Shown here piece by piece: positions 1 through 15,000 of a stretch of 64,000 bases of DNA. The position numbers were made by a program, and so were the translations under genes. Source of the stretch: Macrostomum hystrix (lineage: Eukaryota; Animalia; Platyhelminthes); assembly GCA_950097015.1 (NCBI GenBank), contig CATNEN010000001.1:4650001-4714000 (forward strand), in the 5' to 3' direction. The stretch's first letter is position 1. Each line of letters starts with the position of its first letter. Below the pieces are notes generated by a model, which saw only the letters and a program-made list of their open reading frames with translations, was not told the DNA's origin and searched no databases.

Positions 1-3000
1 TCCCAAACCAGAATCTAGAACAGATTCCAAAGCAGAATCTAAAACAGATCCCAAACCAGAATCTAGAAGAGATCCCAAAGTAGAATCTAGAACAGATCCC
101 AAAGCAGAATCTAGAACAAATACCAAAGCAGAATCTAGAACAGATTCCAAAGCAGAATCTAAAACAGATCCCAAACCAGAATCTAGAAGAGATCCCAAAG
201 TAGAATCTAGAACAGATTCCAAACCAGAATCTAGAACAGATTCCAAAACAGAATCTAAAACAGATCCCTAACCATAATCTAGAACAGATTCCAAAGCAGA
301 ATCTAGAACAGATCCCAAACCAGAATCTAGAAGAGATCCCTAACCAGAATCTAGAACAGATCCCAAACCAGAATCTAGAACAGATCCCAAACCAGAATCT
401 AGAACAGATACCAAAGTAGAATCTAAAACAGATCTCTAACCATAATCTAGAACAGATTCAAAACCAGAATCTAGAACAGATCCCAAACCAGAATCTAGAA
501 GAGATCCCAAAGTAGAATCTAGAATAGATTCCAAAGCAGAATCTAAAACAGATCCCTAACCATAATCTAGAACAGATTCCAAACCAGAATCTAGAACAGA
601 TCCCAAACCAGAATCTAGAAGAGATCCCAAAGTAGAATCTAGAACAGATCCCAAACCAGAATCTAGAAGAGATCCCAAAGCAGAATCTAGAACAGATTCC
701 AAAGCAGAATCTAAAACAGATCCCTAACCATAATCTAGAACAGATTCCAAACCAGAATCTAGAACAGATCCCAAACCAGAATCTAGAAGAGATCCCAAAC
801 CAGAATCTAGAACAGATCCCAAAGCAGAATCTAAAACAGATTCCAAACCAGAATCTAGAACAGATCACAAACCAGAATCTAGAATAGATTCCAAACCAGA
901 ATCTAGAACAGATTCCAAACCAGAATCTAGAACAGATCCCAAACCAGAATCTAGAACAGATCCCAAACCAGAATCTAGAACAGATACCAAAGTAGAATCT
1001 AAAACAGATCCCTAACCATAATCTAGAACAGATTCAAAACCAGAATCTAGAACAGATCCCAAACCAGAATCTAGAAGAGATCCCAAAGTAGAATCTAGAA
1101 TAGATTCCAAAGCAGAATCTAAAACAGATCCCTAACCATAATCTAGAACAGATTCCAAACCAGAATCTAGAACAGATCCCAAACCAGAATCTAGAACAGA
1201 TCCCAAAGTAGAATCTAGAACAGATCCCAAAGCAGAATCTAGAACAGATTCCAAAGCAGAATCTAAAACAGATCCCAAACCAGAATCTAGAACAGATCCC
1301 AAAGCAGAATCTAGAACAGATCCCAAACCATAATCTAGAAGAGATCCCAAACCAGAATCTAGAACAGATACCAAAGCAGAATCTAAAACAGATTCCAAAG
1401 CAGAATCTAAAACAGATCCCTAACCATAATCTAGAATAGATTCCAAACCAGAATCTAGAACAGATCCCAAACCAGAATCTAGAAGAGATCCCAAACCAGA
1501 ATCTAGAACAGATACCAAAGTAGAATCTAAAACAGATCCCTAACCATAATCTAGAACAGATTCCAAAGCAGAATCTAAAACAGATCCCTAACCATAATCT
1601 AGAACAGATTCCAAACCAGAATCTAGAACAGATCCCAAACCAGAATCTAGAAGAGATCCCAAACCAGAATCTAGAACAGATTCCAAAGCAGAATCTAAAA
1701 CAGATCCCAAACCAGAATCTAGAAGAGATCCCAAAGTAGAATCTAGAACAGATCCCAAACCAGAATCTAGAAGAGATCCCAAACCAGAATCTAGAACAGA
1801 TACCAAAGTAGAATCTAGAACAGATCCCAAAGCAGCATCTAGAACCGATCCCAAAGCAGCATCTAGAACCGATCCCAAAGCAGAATCTAAAACAGATCCC
1901 TAACCATAATCTAGAACAGATTCCAAACCAGAATCTAGAACAGATCCCAAAGCAGCATCTAGAACCGATCCCAAAGCAGCATCTAGAACCGATCCCAAAG
2001 TAGAATCTAGAACAGATCCCAAAGCAGAATCTAGAACAGATTCCAAAGCAGAATCTAAAACAGATCCCTAACCATAATCTAGAACAGATTCCAAACCAGA
2101 ATCTAGAACAGATCCCAAACCAGAATCTAGAAGAGATCCCAAACCAGAATCTAGAACAGATTCCAAAGCAGAATCTAAAACAGATCCCAAACCAGAATCT
2201 AGAAGAGATCCCAAAGTAGAATCTAGAACAGATCCCAAAGCAGAATCTAGAACAGATACCAAAGCAGAATCTAGAACAGATTCCAAAGCAGAATCTAAAA
2301 CAGATCCCAAACCAGAATCTAGAAGAGATCCCAAAGTAGAATCTAGAACAGATTCCAAACCAGAATCTAGAACAGATTCCAAAGCAGAATCTAGAACAGA
2401 TCCCAAACCAGAATCTAGAAGAGATCCCTAACCAGAATCTAGAACAGATCCCAAACCAGAATCTAGAACAGATCCAAAACCAGAATCTAGAACAGATACC
2501 AAAGTAGAATCTAAAACAGATCCCTAACCATAATCTAGAACAGATTCAAAACCAGAATCTAGAACAGATCCCAAACCAGAATCTAGAAGAGATCCCAAAC
2601 CAGAATCTAGAATAGATTCCAAAGCAGAATCTAAAACAGATCCCTAACCATAATCTAGAACAGATTCCAAACCAGAATCTAGAACAGATCCCAAACCAGA
2701 ATCTAGAAGAGATCCCAAAGTAGAATCTAGAACAGATCCCAAACCAGAATCTAGAAGAGATCCCAAAGCAGAATCTAGAACAGATTCCAAAGCAGAATCT
2801 AAAACAGATCCCTAACCATAATCTAGAACAGATTCCAAACCAGAATCTAGAACAGATCCCAAACCAGAATCTAGAAGAGATCCCAAACCAGAATCTAGAA
2901 CAGATCCCAAAGCAGAATCTAAAACAGATTCCAAACCAGAATCTAGAACAGATTACAAACCAGAATCTAGAATAGATTCCAAACCAGAATCTAGAACAGA

Positions 3001-6000
3001 TTCCAAACCAGAATCTAGAACAGATCCCAAACCAGAATCTAGAACAGATCCCAAACCAGAATCTAGAACAGATACCAAAGTAGAATCTAAAACAGATCCC
3101 TAACCATAATCTAGAACAGATTCAAAACCAGAATCTAGAACAGATCCCAAACCAGAATCTAGAAGAGATCCCAAAGTAGAATCTAGAATAGATTCCAAAG
3201 CAGAATCTAAAACAGATCCCTAACCATAATCTAGAACAGATTCCAAAGTAGAATCTAGAACAGATCCCAAACCAGAATCTAGAACAGATCCCAAAGTAGA
3301 ATCTAGAACAGATCCCAAAGCAGAATCTAGAACAGATTCCAAAGCAGAATCTAAAACAGATCCCAAACCAGAATCTAGAACAGATCCCAAAGCAGAATCT
3401 AGAACAGATCCCAAACCATAATCTAGAAGAGATCCCAAACCAGAATCTAGAACAGATACCAAAGCAGAATCTAAAACAGATTCCAAAGCAGAATCTAAAA
3501 CAGATCCCTAACCATAATCTAGAACAGATCCCAAACCAGAATCTAGAACAGATCCCAAACCAGAATCTAGAACAGATACCAAAGTAGAATCTAAAACAGA
3601 TCCCTAACCATAATCTAGAACAGATTCAAAACCAGAATCTAGAAGAGATCCCAAAGTAGAATCTAGAACAGATTCCAAACCAGAATCTAGAACAGATTCC
3701 AAAGCAGAATCTAGAACAGATCCCAAACCAGAATCTAGAAGAGATCCCTAACCAGAATCTAGAACAGATCCCAAACCAGAATCTAGAACAGATCCAAAAC
3801 CAGAATCTAGAACAGATACCAAAGTAGAATCTAAAACAGATCCCTAACCATAATCTAGAACAGATTCAAAACCAGAATCTAGAACAGATCCCAAACCAGA
3901 ATCTAGAAGAGATCCCAAACCAGAATCTAGAACAGATCCCAAACCAGAATCTAGAATAGATTCCAAAGCAGAATCTAAAACAGATCCCTAACCATAATCT
4001 AGAACAGATTCCAAACCAGAATCTAGAACAGATCCCAAACCAGAATCTAGAAGAGATCCCAAAGTAGAATCTAGAACAGATCCCAAACCAGAATCTAGAA
4101 GAGATCCCAAAGCAGAATCTAGAACAGATTCCAAAGCAGAATCTAAAACAGATCCCTAACCATAATCTAGAACAGATTCCAAACCAGAATCTAGAACAGA
4201 TCCCAAACCAGAATCTAGAAGAGATCCCAAACCAGAATCTAGAACAGATCCCAAAGCAGAATCTAAAACAGATTCCAAACCAGAATCTAGAACAGATTAC
4301 AAACCAGAATCTAGAATAGATTCCAAACCAGAATCTAGAACAGATTCCAAACCAGAATCTAGAACAGATCCCAAACCAGAATCTAGAACAGATCCCAAAC
4401 CAGAATCTAGAACAGATACCAAAGTAGAATCTAAAACAGATCCCTAACCATAATCTAGAACAGATTCAAAACCAGAATCTAGAACAGATCCCAAACCAGA
4501 ATCTAGAAGAGATCCCAAAGTAGAATCTAGAATAGATTCCAAAGCAGAATCTAAAACAGATCCCTAACCATAATCTAGAACAGATTCCAAAGTAGAATCT
4601 AGAACAGATCCCAAACCAGAATCTAGAACAGATCCCAAAGTAGAATCTAGAACAGATCCCAAAGCAGAATCTAGAACAGATTCCAAAGCAGAATCTAAAA
4701 CAGATCCCAAACCAGAATCTAGAACAGATCCCAAAGCAGAATCTAGAACAGATCCCAAACCATAATCTAGAAGAGATCCCAAACCAGAATCTAGAACAGA
4801 TACCAAAGCAGAATCTAAAACAGATTCCAAAGCAGAATCTAAAACAGATCCCTAACCATAATCTAGAACAGATCCCAAACCAGAATCTAGAACAGATCCC
4901 AAACCAGAATCTAGAACAGATACCAAAGTAGAATCTAAAACAGATCCCTAACCATAATCTAGAACAGATTCAAAACCAGAATCTAGAACAGATCCCAAAC
5001 CAGAATCTAGAAGAGATCCCAAACCAGAATCTAGAACAGATACCAAAGTAGAATCTAAAACAGATCCCTAACCATAATCTAGAACAGATTCAAAACCAGA
5101 ATCTAGAACAGATTCCAAACCAGAATCTAGAACAGATTCCAAACCAGAATCTAGAATAGATTCCAAACCAGAATCTAGAACAGATTCCAAACCAGAATCT
5201 AGAACAGATCCCAAACCAGAATCTAGAACAGATCCCAAACCAGAATCTAGAACAGATACCAAAGTAGAATCTAAAACAGATCCCTAACCATAATCTAGAA
5301 CAGATTCAAAACCAGAATCTAGAACAGATCCCAAACCAGAATCTAGAAGAGATCCCAAAGTAGAATCTAGAATAGATTCCAAAGCAGAATCTAAAACAGA
5401 TTCCAAACCAGAATCTAGAACAGATCCCAAAGCAGCATCTAGAACCGATCCCAAACCAGAATCTAGAAGAGATCCCAAAGTAGAATCTAGAACAGATCCC
5501 AAAGCAGAATCTAGAACAGATTCCAAAGCAGAATCTAAAACAGATCCCTAACCATAATCTAGAACAGATTCCAAACCAGAATCTAGAACAGATCCCAAAC
5601 CAGAATCTAGAAGAGATCCCAAACCAGAATCTAGAACAGATTCCAAAGCAGAATCTAAAACAGATCCCAAACCAGAATCTAGAAGAGATCCCAAAGTAGA
5701 ATCTAGAACAGATCCCAAACCAGAATCTAGAAGAGATCCCAAACCAGAATCTAGAACAGATACCAAAGTAGAATCTAGAACAGATCCCAAAGCAGAATCT
5801 AGAACCGATCCCAAAGCAGCATCTAGAACCGATCCCAAAGCAGCATCTAGAACCGATCCCAAAGCAGAATCTAAAACAGATCCCTAACCATAATCTAGAA
5901 CAGATTCCAAACCAGAATCTAGAACAGATCCCAAAGCAGCATCTAGAACCGATCCCAAAGCAGCATCTAGAACCGATCCCAAAGTAGAATCTAGAACAGA

Positions 6001-9000
6001 TCCCAAAGCAGAATCTAGAACAGATTCCAAAGCAGAATCTAAAACAGATCCCTAACCATAATCTAGAACAGATTCCAAACCAGAATCTAGAACAGATCCC
6101 AAACCAGAATCTAGAAGAGATCCCAAACCAGAATCTAGAACAGATTCCAAAGCAGAATCTAAAACAGATCCCAAACCAGAATCTAGAAGAGATCCCAAAG
6201 TAGAATCTAGAACAGATCCCAAAGCAGAATCTAGAACAGATACCAAAGCAGAATCTAGAACAGATTCCAAAGCAGAATCTAAAACAGATCCCAAACCAGA
6301 ATCTAGAAGAGATCCCAAAGTAGAATCTAGAACAGATTCCAAACCAGAATCTAGAACAGATTCCAAAACAGAATCTAAAACAGATCCCTAACCATAATCT
6401 AGAACAGATTCCAAAGCAGAATCTAGAACAGATCCCAAACCAGAATCTAGAAGAGATCCCAAAGTAGAATCTAGAACAGATCCCAAACCAGAATCTAGAA
6501 GAGATCCCAAACCAGAATCTAGAACAGATCCCAAACCAGAATCTAGAAGAGATCCCAAAGTAGAATCTAGAACAGATCCCAAACCAGAATCTAGAAGACA
6601 TCCCAAAGTAGAATCTAGAACAGATCCCAAACCAGAATCTAGAAGAGATCCCAAACCAGAATCTAGAACAGATACCAAAGTAGAATCTAGAACAGATCCC
6701 AAAGCAGAATCTAGAACCGATCCCAAAGCAGCATCTAGAACCGATCCCAAAGCAGCATCTAGAACCGATCCCAAAGCAGAATCTAAAACAGATCCCTAAC
6801 CATAATCTAGAACAGATTCCAAACCAGAATCTAGAACAGATCCCAAAGCAGCATCTAGAACCGATCCCAAAGCAGCATCTAGAACCGATCCCAAAGTAGA
6901 ATCTAGAACAGATCCCAAAGCAGAATCTAGAACAGATTCCAAAGCAGAATCTAAAACAGATCCCTAACCATAATCTAGAACAGATTCCAAACCAGAATCT
7001 AGAACAGATCCCAAACCAGAATCTAGAAGAGATCCCAAACCAGAATCTAGAACAGATTCCAAAGCAGAATCTAAAACAGATCCCAAACCAGAATCTAGAA
7101 GAGATCCCAAAGTAGAATCTAGAACAGATCCCAAAGCAGAATCTAGAACAGATACCAAAGCAGAATCTAGAACAGATTCCAAAGCAGAATCTAAAACAGA
7201 TCCCAAACCAGAATCTAGAAGAGATCCCAAAGTAGAATCTAGAACAGATTCCAAACCAGAATCTAGAACAGATTCCAAAACAGAATCTAAAACAGATCCC
7301 TAACCATAATCTAGAACAGATTCCAAAGCAGAATCTAGAACAGATCCCAAACCAGAATCTAGAAGAGATCCCAAAGTAGAATCTAGAACAGATCCCAAAC
7401 CAGAATCTAGAAGAGATCCCAAACCAGAATCTAGAACAGATCCCAAACCAGAATCTAGAAGAGATCCCAAAGTAGAATCTAGAACAGATCCCAAACCAGA
7501 ATCTAGAAGAGATCCCAAAGTAGAATCTAGAACAGATCCCAAACCAGAATCTAGAAGAGATCCCAAACCAGAATCTAGAACAGATACCAAAGTAGAATCT
7601 AGAACAGATCCCAAAGCAGAATCTAGAACCGATCCCAAAGCAGCATCTAGAACCGATCCCAAAGCAGCATCTAGAACCGATCCCAAAGCAGAATCTAAAA
7701 CAGATCCCTAACCATAATCTAGAACAGATTCCAAACCAGAATCTAGAACAGATCCCAAAGCAGCATCTAGAACCGATCCCAAAGCAGCATCTAGAACCGA
7801 TCCCAAAGTAGAATCTAGAACAGATCCCAAAGCAGAATCTAGAACAGATTCCAAAGCAGAATCTAAAACAGATCCCTAACCATAATCTAGAACAGATTCC
7901 AAACCAGAATCTAGAACAGATCCCAAACCAGAATCTAGAAGAGATCCCAAACCAGAATCTAGAACAGATTCCAAAGCAGAATCTAAAACAGATCCCAAAC
8001 CAGAATCTAGAAGAGATCCCAAAGTAGAATCTAGAACAGATCCCAAAGCAGAATCTAGAACAGATACCAAAGCAGAATCTAGAACAGATTCCAAAGCAGA
8101 ATCTAAAACAGATCCCAAACCAGAATCTAGAAGAGATCCCAAAGTAGAATCTAGAACAGATTCCAAACCAGAATCTAGAACAGATTCCAAAACAGAATCT
8201 AAAACAGATCCCTAACCATAATCTAGAACAGATTCCAAAGCAGAATCTAGAACAGATCCCAAACCAGAATCTAGAAGAGATCCCAAAGTAGAATCTAGAA
8301 CAGATCCCAAACCAGAATCTAGAAGAGATCCCAAACCAGAATCTAGAACAGATCCCAAACCAGAATCTAGAAGAGATCCCAAAGTAGAATCTAGAACAGA
8401 TCCCAAACCAGAATCTAGAAGAGATCCCAAACCAGAATCTAGAACAGATTCCAAACCAGAATCTAGAACAGATCCCAAACCAGAATCTAGAAGAGATCCC
8501 AAAGTAGAATCTAGAACAGATCCCAAACCAGAATCTAGAACAGATCCCAAACCAGAATCTAGAACAGATACCAAAGCAGAATCTAGAACAGATTCCAAAG
8601 CAGAATCTAAAACAGATCCCAAACCAGAATCTAGAAGAGATCCCAAAGTAGAATCTAGAACAGATCCCAAACCAGAATCTAGAACAGATTCCAAAGCAGA
8701 ATCTAAAACAGATCCCTAACCATAATCTAGAACAGATTCCAAACCAGAATCTAGAACAGATCCCAAACCAGAATCTAGAAGAGATCCCAAACCAGAATCT
8801 AGAAGAGATCCCAAAGTAGAATCTAGAACAGATCCCAAACCAGAATCTAGAACAGATTCCAAAGCAGAATCTAAAACAGATCCCAAACCAGAATCTAGAA
8901 GAGATCCCAAAGTAGAATCTAGAACAGATCCCAAACCAGAATCTAGAAGAGATCCCAAACCAGAATCTAGAACAGATACCAAAGTAGAATCTAGAACAGA

Positions 9001-12000
9001 TCCCAAAGCAGAATCTAGAACCGATCCCAAAGCAGCATCTAGAACCGATCCCAAAGCAGCATCTAGAACCGATCCCAAAGCAGAATCTAAAACAGATCCC
9101 TAACCATAATCTAGAACAGATTCCAAACCAGAATCTAGAACAGATCCCAAAGCAGCATCTAGAACCGATCCCAAAGCAGCATCTAGAACCGATCCCAAAG
9201 TAGAATCTAGAACAGATCCCAAAGCAGAATCTAGAACAGATTCCAAAGCAGAATCTAAAACAGATCCCTAACCATAATCTAGAACAGATTCCAAACCAGA
9301 ATCTAGAACAGATCCCAAACCAGAATCTAGAAGAGATCCCAAACCAGAATCTAGAACAGATTCCAAAGCAGAATCTAAAACAGATCCCAAACCAGAATCT
9401 AGAACAGATTCCAAAGCAGAATCTAAAACAGATCCCAAACCAGAATCTAGAAGAGATCCCAAAGTAGAATCTAGAACAGATCCCAAACCAGAATCTAGAA
9501 GAGATCCCAAACCAGAATCTAGAACAGATACCAAAGTAGAATCTAGAACAGATCCCAAAGCAGAATCTAGAACCGATCCCAAAGCAGCATCTAGAACCGA
9601 TCCCAAAGCAGCATCTAGAACCGATCCCAAAGCAGAATCTAAAACAGATCCCTAACCATAATCTAGAACAGATTCCAAACCAGAATCTAGAACAGATCCC
9701 AAAGCAGCATCTAGAACCGATCCCAAAGCAGCATCTAGAACCGATCCCAAAGTAGAATCTAGAACAGATCCCAAAGCAGAATCTAGAACAGATTCCGAAG
9801 CAGAATCTAAAACAGATCCCTAACCATAATCTAGAACAGATTCCAAACCAGAATCTAGAACAGATCCCAAACCAGAATCTAGAAGAGATCCCAAACCAGA
9901 ATCTAGAACAGATTCCAAAGCAGAATCTAAAACAGATCCCAAACCAGAATCTAGAAGAGATCCCAAAGTAGAATCTAGAACAGATCCCAAAGCAGAATCT
10001 AGAACAGATACCAAAGCAGAATCTAGAACAGATTCCAAAGCAGAATCTAAAACAGATCCCAAACCAGAATCTAGAAGAGATCCCAAAGTAGAATCTAGAA
10101 CAGATTCCAAACCAGAATCTAGAACAGATTCCAAAACAGAATCTAAAACAGATCCCTAACCATAATCTAGAACAGATTCCAAAGCAGAATCTAGAACAGA
10201 TCCCAAACCAGAATCTAGAAGAGATCCCTAACCAGAATCTAGAACAGATCCCAAACCAGAATCTAGAACAGATCCCAAACCAGAATCTAGAACAGATACC
10301 AAAGTAGAATCTAAAACAGATCCCTAACCATAATCTAGAACAGATTCAAAACCAGAATCTAGAACAGATCCCAAACCAGAATCTAGAAGAGATCCCAAAG
10401 TAGAATCTAGAATAGATTCCAAAGCAGAATCTAAAACAGATCCCTAACCATAATCTAGAACAGATTCCAAACCAGAATCTAGAACAGATCCCAAACCAGA
10501 ATCTAGAAGAGATCCCAAAGTACAATCTAGAACAGATCCCAAACCAGAATCTAGAATAGATCCCAAAGCAGAATCTAGAAGAGATCCCAAACCAGAATCT
10601 AGAACAGATTCCAAAGCAGAATCTAAAACAGATCCCAAACCAGAATCTAGAAGAGATCCCAAAGTAGAATCTAGAACAGATCCCAAAGCAGAATCTAGAA
10701 CAGATACCAAAGCAGAATCTAGAACAGATTCCAAAGCAGAATCTAAAACAGATCCCAAACCAGAATCTAGAAGAGATCCCAAAGTAGAATCTAGAACAGA
10801 TTCCAAACCAGAATCTAGAACAGATTCCAAAACAGAATCTAAAACAGATCCCTAACCATAATCTAGAACAGATTCCAAAGCAGAATCTAGAACAGATCCC
10901 AAACCAGAATCTAGAAGAGATCCCTAACCAGAATCTAGAACAGATCCCAAACCAGAATCTAGAACAGATCCCAAACCAGAATCTAGAACAGATACCAAAG
11001 TAGAATCTAAAACAGATCCCTAACCATAATCTAGAACAGATTCAAAACCAGAATCTAGAACAGATCCCAAACCAGAATCTAGAAGAGATCCCAAAGTAGA
11101 ATCTAGAATAGATTCCAAAGCAGAATCTAAAACAGATCCCTAACCATAATCTAGAACAGATTCCAAACCAGAATCTAGAACAGATCCCAAACCAGAATCT
11201 AGAAGAGATCCCAAAGTACAATCTAGAACAGATCCCAAACCAGAATCTAGAATAGATCCCAAAGCAGAATCTAGAACAGATTCCAAAGCAGAATCTAAAA
11301 CAGATCCCTAACCATAATCTAGAACAGATTCCAAACCAGAATCTAGAACAGATCCCAAACCAGAATCTAGAAGAGATCCCAAACCAGAATCTAGAACAGA
11401 TACCAAAGTAGAATCTAAAACAGATCCCTAACCATAATCTAGAACAGATTCAAAACCAGAATCTAGAACAGATCCCAAAGCAGAATCTAAAACAGATTCC
11501 AAACCAGAATCTAGAACAGATACCAAAGTAGAATCTAAAACAGATCCCTAACCATAATCTAGAACAGATTCAAAACCAGAATCTAGAACAGATCCCAAAG
11601 CAGAATCTAAAACAGATTCCAAACCAGAATCTAGAACAGATCACAAACCAGAATCTAGAATAGATTCCAAACCAGAATCTAGAACAGATTCCAAACCAGA
11701 ATCTAGAACAGATCCCAAACCAGAATCTAGAACAGATCCCAAACCAGAATCTAGAACAGATACCAAAGTAGAATCTAAAACAGATCCCTAACCATAATCT
11801 AGAACAGATTCAAAACCAGAATCTAGAACAGATCCCAAACCAGAATCTAGAAGAGATCCCAAAGTAGAATCTAGAATAGATTCCAAAGCAGAATCTAAAA
11901 CAGATTCCAAACCAGAATCTAGAACAGATCCCAAAGCAGCATCTAGAACCGATCCCAAACCAGAATCTAGAAGAGATCCCAAAGTAGAATCTAGAACAGA

Positions 12001-15000
12001 TCCCAAAGCAGAATCTAGAACAGATTCCAAAGCAGAATCTAAAACAGATCCCTAACCATAATCTAGAACAGATTCCAAACCAGAATCTAGAACAGATCCC
12101 AAACCAGAATCTAGAAGAGATCCCAAACCAGAATCTAGAACAGATTCCAAAGCAGAATCTAAAACAGATCCCAAACCAGAATCTAGAAGAGATCCCAAAG
12201 TAGAATCTAGAACAGATCCCAAACCAGAATCTAGAAGAGATCCCAAACCAGAATCTAGAACAGATACCAAAGTAGAATCTAGAACAGATCCCAAAGCAGA
12301 ATCTAGAACCGATCCCAAAGCAGCATCTAGAACCGATCCCAAAGCAGCATCTAGAACCGATCCCAAAGCAGAATCTAAAACAGATCCCTAACCATAATCT
12401 AGAACAGATTCCAAACCAGAATCTAGAACAGATCCCAAAGCAGCATCTAGAACCGATCCCAAAGTAGAATCTAGAACAGATCCCAAAGCAGAATCTAGAA
12501 CAGATTCCAAAGCAGAATCTAAAACAGATCCCTAACCATAATCTAGAACAGATTCCAAACCAGAATCTAGAACAGATCCCAAACCAGAATCTAGAAGAGA
12601 TCCCAAACCAGAATCTAGAACAGATTCCAAAGCAGAATCTAAAACAGATCCCAAACCAGAATCTAGAAGAGATCCCAAAGTAGAATCTAGAACAGATCCC
12701 AAAGCAGAATCTAGAACAAATACCAAAGCAGAATCTAGAACAGATTCCAAAGCAGAATCTAAAACAGATCCCAAACCAGAATCTAGAAGAGATCCCAAAG
12801 TAGAATCTAGAACAGATTCCAAACCAGAATCTAGAACAGATTCCAAAACAGAATCTAAAACAGATCCCTAACCATAATCTAGAACAGATTCCAAAGCAGA
12901 ATCTAGAACAGATCCCAAACCAGAATCTAGAACAGATCCCAAACCAGAATCTAGAACAGATACCAAAGTAGAATCTAAAACAGATCCCTAACCATAATCT
13001 AGAACAGATTCAAAACCAGAATCTAGAACAGATCCCAAACCAGAATCTAGAAGAGATCCCAAAGTAGAATCTAGAATAGATTCCAAAGCAGAATCTAAAA
13101 CAGATCCCTAACCATAATCTAGAACAGATTCCAAACCAGAATCTAGAACAGATCCCAAACCAGAATCTAGAAGAGATCCCAAAGTAGAATCTAGAACAGA
13201 TCCCAAACCAGAATCTAGAAGAGATCCCAAAGCAGAATCTAGAAGAGATCCCAAAGTAGAATCTAGAACAGATCCCAAAGCAGAATCTAGAACAGATACC
13301 AAAGCAGAATCTAGAACAGATTCCAAAGCAGAATCTAAAACAGATCCCAAACCAGAATCTAGAAGAGATCCCAAAGTAGAATCTAGAATAGATTCCAAAG
13401 CAGAATCTAAAACAGATCCCTAACCATAATCTAGAACAGATTCCAAACCAGAATCTAGAACAGATCCCAAACCAGAATCTAGAAGAGATCCCAAACCAGA
13501 ATCTAGAACAGATTCCAAAGCAGAATCTAAAACAGATCCCAAACCAGAATCTAGAAGAGATCCCAAAGTAGAATCTAGAACAGATCCCAAAGCAGAATCT
13601 AGAACAGATACCAAAGCAGAATCTAGAACAGATTCCAAAGCAGAATCTAAAACAGATCCCAAACCAGAATCTAGAAGAGATCCCAAAGTAGAATCTAGAA
13701 CAGATTCCAAACCAGAATCTAGAACAGATTCCAAAACAGAATCTAAAACAGATCCCTAACCATAATCTAGAACAGATTCCAAAGCAGAATCTAGAACAGA
13801 TCCCAAACCAGAATCTAGAAGAGATCCCTAACCAGAATCTAGAACAGATCCCAAACCAGAATCTAGAACAGATCCCAAACCAGAATCTAGAACAGATACC
13901 AAAGTAGAATCTAAAACAGATCCCTAACCATAATCTAGAACAGATTCAAAACCAGAATCTAGAACAGATCCCAAACCAGAATCTAGAAGAGATCCCAAAG
14001 TAGAATCTAGAATAGATTCCAAAGCAGAATCTAAAACAGATCCCTAACCATAATCTAGAACAGATTCCAAACCAGAATCTAGAACAGATCCCAAACCAGA
14101 ATCTAGAAGAGATCCCAAAGTACAATCTAGAACAGATCCCAAACCAGAATCTAGAATAGATCCCAAAGCAGAATCTAGAACAGATTCCAAAGCAGAATCT
14201 AAAACAGATCCCTAACCATAATCTAGAACAGATTCCAAACCAGAATCTAGAACAGATCCCAAACCAGAATCTAGAAGAGATCCCAAACCAGAATCTAGAA
14301 CAGATACCAAAGTAGAATCTAAAACAGATCCCTAACCATAATCTAGAACAGATTCAAAACCAGAATCTAGAACAGATCCCAAAGCAGAATCTAAAACAGA
14401 TTCCAAACCAGAATCTAGAACAGATACCAAAGTAGAATCTAAAACAGATCCCTAACCATAATCTAGAACAGATTCAAAACCAGAATCTAGAACAGATCCC
14501 AAAGCAGAATCTAAAACAGATTCCAAAACAGAATCTAGAACAGATCACAAACCAGAATCTAGAATAGATTCCAAACCAGAATCTAGAACAGATTCCAAAC
14601 CAGAATCTAGAACAGATCCCAAACCAGAATCTAGAACAGATCCCAAACCAGAATCTAGAACAGATACCAAAGTAGAATCTAAAACAGATCCCTAACCATA
14701 ATCTAGAACAGATTCAAAACCAGAATCTAGAACAGATCCCAAACCAGAATCTAGAAGAGATCCCAAAGTAGAATCTAGAATAGATTCCAAAGCAGAATCT
14801 AAAACAGATTCCAAACCAGAATCTAGAACAGATCCCAAAGCAGCATCTAGAACCGATCCCAAACCAGAATCTAGAAGAGATCCCAAAGTAGAATCTAGAA
14901 CAGATCCCAAAGCAGAATCTAGAACAGATTCCAAAGCAGAATCTAAAACAGATCCCTAACCATAATCTAGAACAGATTCCAAACCAGAATCTAGAACAGA